DNA of 23,395 nucleotides, from positions 1-23,395 of the forward strand of contig JBLDXI010000144.1 of assembly GCA_047495785.1 (NCBI GenBank), in the 5' to 3' direction. The stretch comes from Lepidodermella squamata (lineage: Eukaryota; Animalia; Gastrotricha). The notes below the pieces were generated by a model. That model was given only the letters and a program-made list of their open reading frames with translations, ran no database searches and was not told where the DNA came from. Below, piece by piece: positions 21,850-23,395 of this stretch; the first letter of the stretch is position 1, and every line of letters begins with the position of its first letter. The position numbers were made by a program, and so were the translations under genes.

Positions 21850-22839
21850 GCACATAACATTGTCGGCGGTATCATTCATCATTCACGAATAAGAGACAAC
21901 AATTAGTAAGATGGATAGGACAAGCACGGCGGTTCAGCATAAAGTTTTCAAGCCTATGCGCCGTTCTTAGTATATACCGTATTTGTTCCTATAGCAGCCC
22001 GGGCTACTAAAGTGTCAACCTCTAAATTTTGAAAATTTTAAAAATAATTGTTGGTGAATCGTTCATTTTCTAAGTTTCCGAACCGACTTGACCCCTCAAC
22101 CCTGGTCTACTATTAGCGATGGGCGATTATTAGTGAATGGGCTACTATTGGAACAAATACGGTAAGCAAATAAAACCATTAGGCAGAGGGAAGATTATAA
22201 AAGTCATGTCAACTTCTCATTCATTAGACAAAAGGTAGTTTGACCGGCTTCGTGAAACAAGAAACAACATAGCCAACTGTTTAAGAGAAACTGAGGTACA
22301 TTTAACTGTTCAAAGGTAATTATTGACGATAACGTTGGGCTAACGCGGTTTGGCTTCCACCAAACGATGATGATGGCTATGATGGTGTCACGCGCCCGAG
22401 GTTGCCACTTTCTACAAGAGAGATCTTCCACATCCGCGAGAGCCCGCGCTTTCTAACATAAAACCGTTGCCATCAGCAACATACCTTTGCTAATATTGAT
22501 ATTAAAAATAAATTTATATATCAAATGTAATTAACAAGCATCTAAAATAAAATATCATGTACATATGGGTTTACGCGGGAAGTCATCATCTCGAAATATT
22601 TTGGTGACCAGTTTTTGACGAGCTGAGTTGTTGTGTTGCAGCGAAGCTGATGGTTTCCCCGTCGTCATGGTTTAACCCCAACAGACGGATAACTCAGGGT
22701 TCATCGTAATATTTTTGATAATGCAAAAGTCCTCCTTTTTAGCGCTTAACATTGAAGAAAAGTTAACGCTCTTCTTGAGATTTTATTATTAATTACTCTC
22801 CTTCGCCTCCCTGAATTACATATTCGCCGGTACTCGCCA

Positions 22840-22863
22840 TACTGGTTACTGGTTACTGGTTAC
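22840..22863 (+). repeat. (TACTGGT)x3 heptamer repeat
   Basis: Read directly from the sequence. Confidence 0.85.
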
Positions 22864-23395
22864 CACCTGACGTCGTTTCGTTGTTCTTCCGGAGGATATT
22901 GCCGGCCACACTCGTGACATTCACTACTCAACCGGTGACCGGTGAACTCGCAGAGGAAAATACTTGAAATCCTTCTAAGCAGCGGGTAAAGTGCTCAAAA
23001 TGGCGCAAATCTTAACTTCAAAGCAGAACGAAGTGGGATACAGAGGCGTGAACAGAGAGCCATCGGCACATATATACTATATACTCGTGCTGACGTGGTC
23101 TACCATAGCCATCGGAACGTCTGAGGTTATCCTCCTTTCCTCACAAAAGGCGGCGGAGAACTTTCGGAGTGTATTTAGTTCTTCATCAGTCCCCATTAGC
23201 ACCCTCGTGCGAGATTTGTAGGTAAACTCAATTCGCTGATGAACCTAGGAAGATGGATTGAACGCTAAATTCCATTCAATATTCAATCTTAAATATTGCT
23301 GGTCAATAAGCTACTAGATGGGATAGGTATTGCGACGATACTTATCTGATTTTTCTCTGTGGCGCCGTATCTTCTTAGTGCTCAACCGTTCATAT

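Overview
Eukaryotic DNA from a very compact invertebrate-type animal genome, with GT-AG introns mostly 45-62 bp. The dominant structure is a 3.4-kb inverted duplication (1..3400 vs 12743..16142) that looks identical wherever spot-checked. Each arm carries a complete RYK/Derailed-family receptor pseudokinase gene whose predicted ectodomain is tiny and shows no recognisable WIF domain. The 9.3-kb spacer holds a Na,K-ATPase beta-family gene with unusual N- and C-terminal extensions, a divergent rhodopsin-like GPCR, METTL17, PFDN4, and a 226-bp MITE with telomere-like hexamers and an 8-bp target-site duplication (TSD). Right of the repeat lie TMEM254-like, AP-1 sigma, CXorf58-like and CCDC57 genes. 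Three co-oriented gene pairs are only about 140-170 bp apart with splice-acceptor-like sites before the downstream ATG, suggesting operons with spliced-leader (SL) trans-splicing. All gene models were spliced by hand and family calls come from remembered motifs; no database searches were run.
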